From assembly GCF_020745735.1 (NCBI RefSeq), contig NC_083401.1, forward strand, positions 98,081,740-98,145,739: a DNA stretch of 64,000 nt. The letters are read 5' to 3'. The notes beneath the pieces were generated by a model. It was not told the DNA's origin, searched no databases, and saw only the letters and a list, made by a program, of their open reading frames with translations. Within the stretch, counting starts at the first letter, position 1; each line of letters starts with the position of its first letter. Both the position numbers and the translations under genes were made by a program. This stretch comes from Hemiscyllium ocellatum (lineage: Eukaryota). Below, in pieces: positions 62,280 through 64,000 of this stretch.

Positions 62280-64000
62280 CATACAGACATAGGAAATAGG
62301 ATCAGAAGTAGACCTTTTAAGTCTGCTTGGATATGTGATAAGATCAGGGCTGTTCTGTTTGTGTTTTGCATTCCACATTCTGACCTACCATAATAACCTT
62401 TGATTCCCTGGTCTAACAAGAACCTACTCACCTCTGTCTTAAAAATATTCAATGTCCCCATCTTCAGCACTTTCTGATTCAGTAAGTTCCAAAGTCATAC
62501 AACCCTCTGAGAGAAACAAACTCTCTTAATTACTGTCTAAAAGGGTGACTGTTAATTTTAAAATCTGGACTAGAAGATAAATCCTTTCTACATCCTTGTG
62601 AAAACTCTTCAGGATCTGATACATTTCAATCAAATCATCTATCACAATTGTCTTTCATCTAGGTTTAACACACTAGTCTTCGACCCATTCTTCTCCCTTC
62701 TGAACTGGGTATAAAATTCAAACATAGTCACTGCTCGTAGGGTGTCTTTACTCTAACATCATTAGTTACTGCTGTCACATTATACAATAAAAAGTCTAAA
62801 ATAACCTGCACTTTGGTTGGTTACAGATCATGCTTTTCTAAAAAGATTATCTTGAAAGACTTCTATGAAGTTTTCATCCAGGCTACTTTTGCCAATTTTA
62901 GTTTTTCCAAGTTACATGTAGATTAAAGTTATCCATGACAAATGTCCAATATTTCCCCAAATATACTTTGTCTCACATTGTATTTACTGTTTGGGGGATT
63001 GTAGACCACTCCCACCAGTCACCCAATCTCTTCCATTTCCTAACCTCTTGAACCAATATTATCTTTAACTATTGAAAAAAATGCCTAGATTAAAAATGCT
63101 ACTCCTCCGAATTTATCCAGATTCCAATTTTTCTGGATGTTATATACCCTCAATATCCAGAATACTGACACCAAGCCAGAAATACAGCAATCTGGATTCT
63201 TACAGAGACACTTTGACAAATTCCTCTCATGATACTATTCTCTAGTGTGCACTGCATTCCTTGTCATCTTGAAGCTATATTTCCATAATGGGTATCAGAT
63301 AATATTTATCTATTTCAATGTGCACTACCACTCCGTTTCTTTTGTTATGAATGCAACATGCATTGAGAAGCAGAGCCATTAAGTTTTTTTAAATTATCTT
63401 TATAACATCTAGCCTTAATTGTTGGCCTTTTCCTTGATTGATTTTCTTTCTGCTCCTCCTGCCATACTCTCGTCCTCATTTCCCATATTATTACTTTCCT
63501 CTCATTGTTCTCTACATGTTGCTATACCACATCTTTCTACATTACTTCCACTCTAGTTTAAAACCCCCTCTATTTCCTGACTCATACAGTTCATAAGAAA
63601 CCTGGGCGCAGCATGTTTCAGGTATAGATTGTCCTAGTTGTCCAGCGATCACTTTCCACAGTACAATATCAGTGACCCACAAACTAGAACCCACTTTTCC
63701 CATACCAGGCTCTGAGCCATGTATTCACTTCTCTAATTTAATGTATCCTATGCACATTTGTACATAATGGTAGTCATCCAGGGATTATAACCTTTGAGGA
63801 TCTATTTTTCAAATTTTGTGCCTAGCTTCTCAAACTGTCTATGCAGAACCTCGTTCCTAGTTCTACCTATACCACTGGTATCCACATGGACCAGAAGCAT
63901 TGGATTCTTCTCCCTCTCACTGGAAGTTTCCTTGTAATCCTGAGCAGGTGTCTTGAATACTGACACCCAGCTAGAAATACAGAAATCTGGTTTCTTAAAG
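62280..64000 (-). mobile_element. Old, fragmented CR1 LINE
   Basis: The reverse CR1 3' tail lies at 62280-62470 (LNIFKTEVSRFLLDQGIKGY). The further part resembles the old CR1 at 24-27 kb. Confidence 0.65.

Noticed and set aside
1-64000. CRISPR arrays or prokaryotic operons
   Set aside because: The sequence is vertebrate. The repeats are interspersed retroelements, not regularly spaced repeat-spacer arrays.

Overview
Eukaryotic genomic DNA, almost certainly from an elasmobranch (shark or ray), inferred from HE1-type V-SINEs and their HER1/CR1 partner LINEs. The only host gene recognised is SLAIN2 on the minus strand: a CpG-island promoter and coding exon 1 (31843-32225), a ~24.9 kb intron, and coding exon 2 (6836-6984). 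The rest of the gene lies left of the window. The remainder is mostly decayed, often nested retroelements: a near full-length L1/Tx1-type LINE, a near full-length CR1 with an esterase ORF1, many 5'-truncated CR1 copies, Rex1/Babar fragments, Penelope-like elements (PLEs) whose termini carry minimal hammerhead ribozyme (HHR) motifs, and a Gypsy integrase remnant. Two items stand out. (1) A degenerate endogenous retrovirus at ~47.2-56 kb has PR-RT-tether-RNaseH-IN, foamy/loki-like motifs, and an env that resembles lokiretrovirus (paramyxo/pneumovirus F-like) envelopes rather than classical gamma/epsilon env. (2) A nested, inverted cluster of HHR-bearing PLE termini lies immediately upstream of the SLAIN2 promoter. 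All family assignments come from motifs read by eye; no database search was run.
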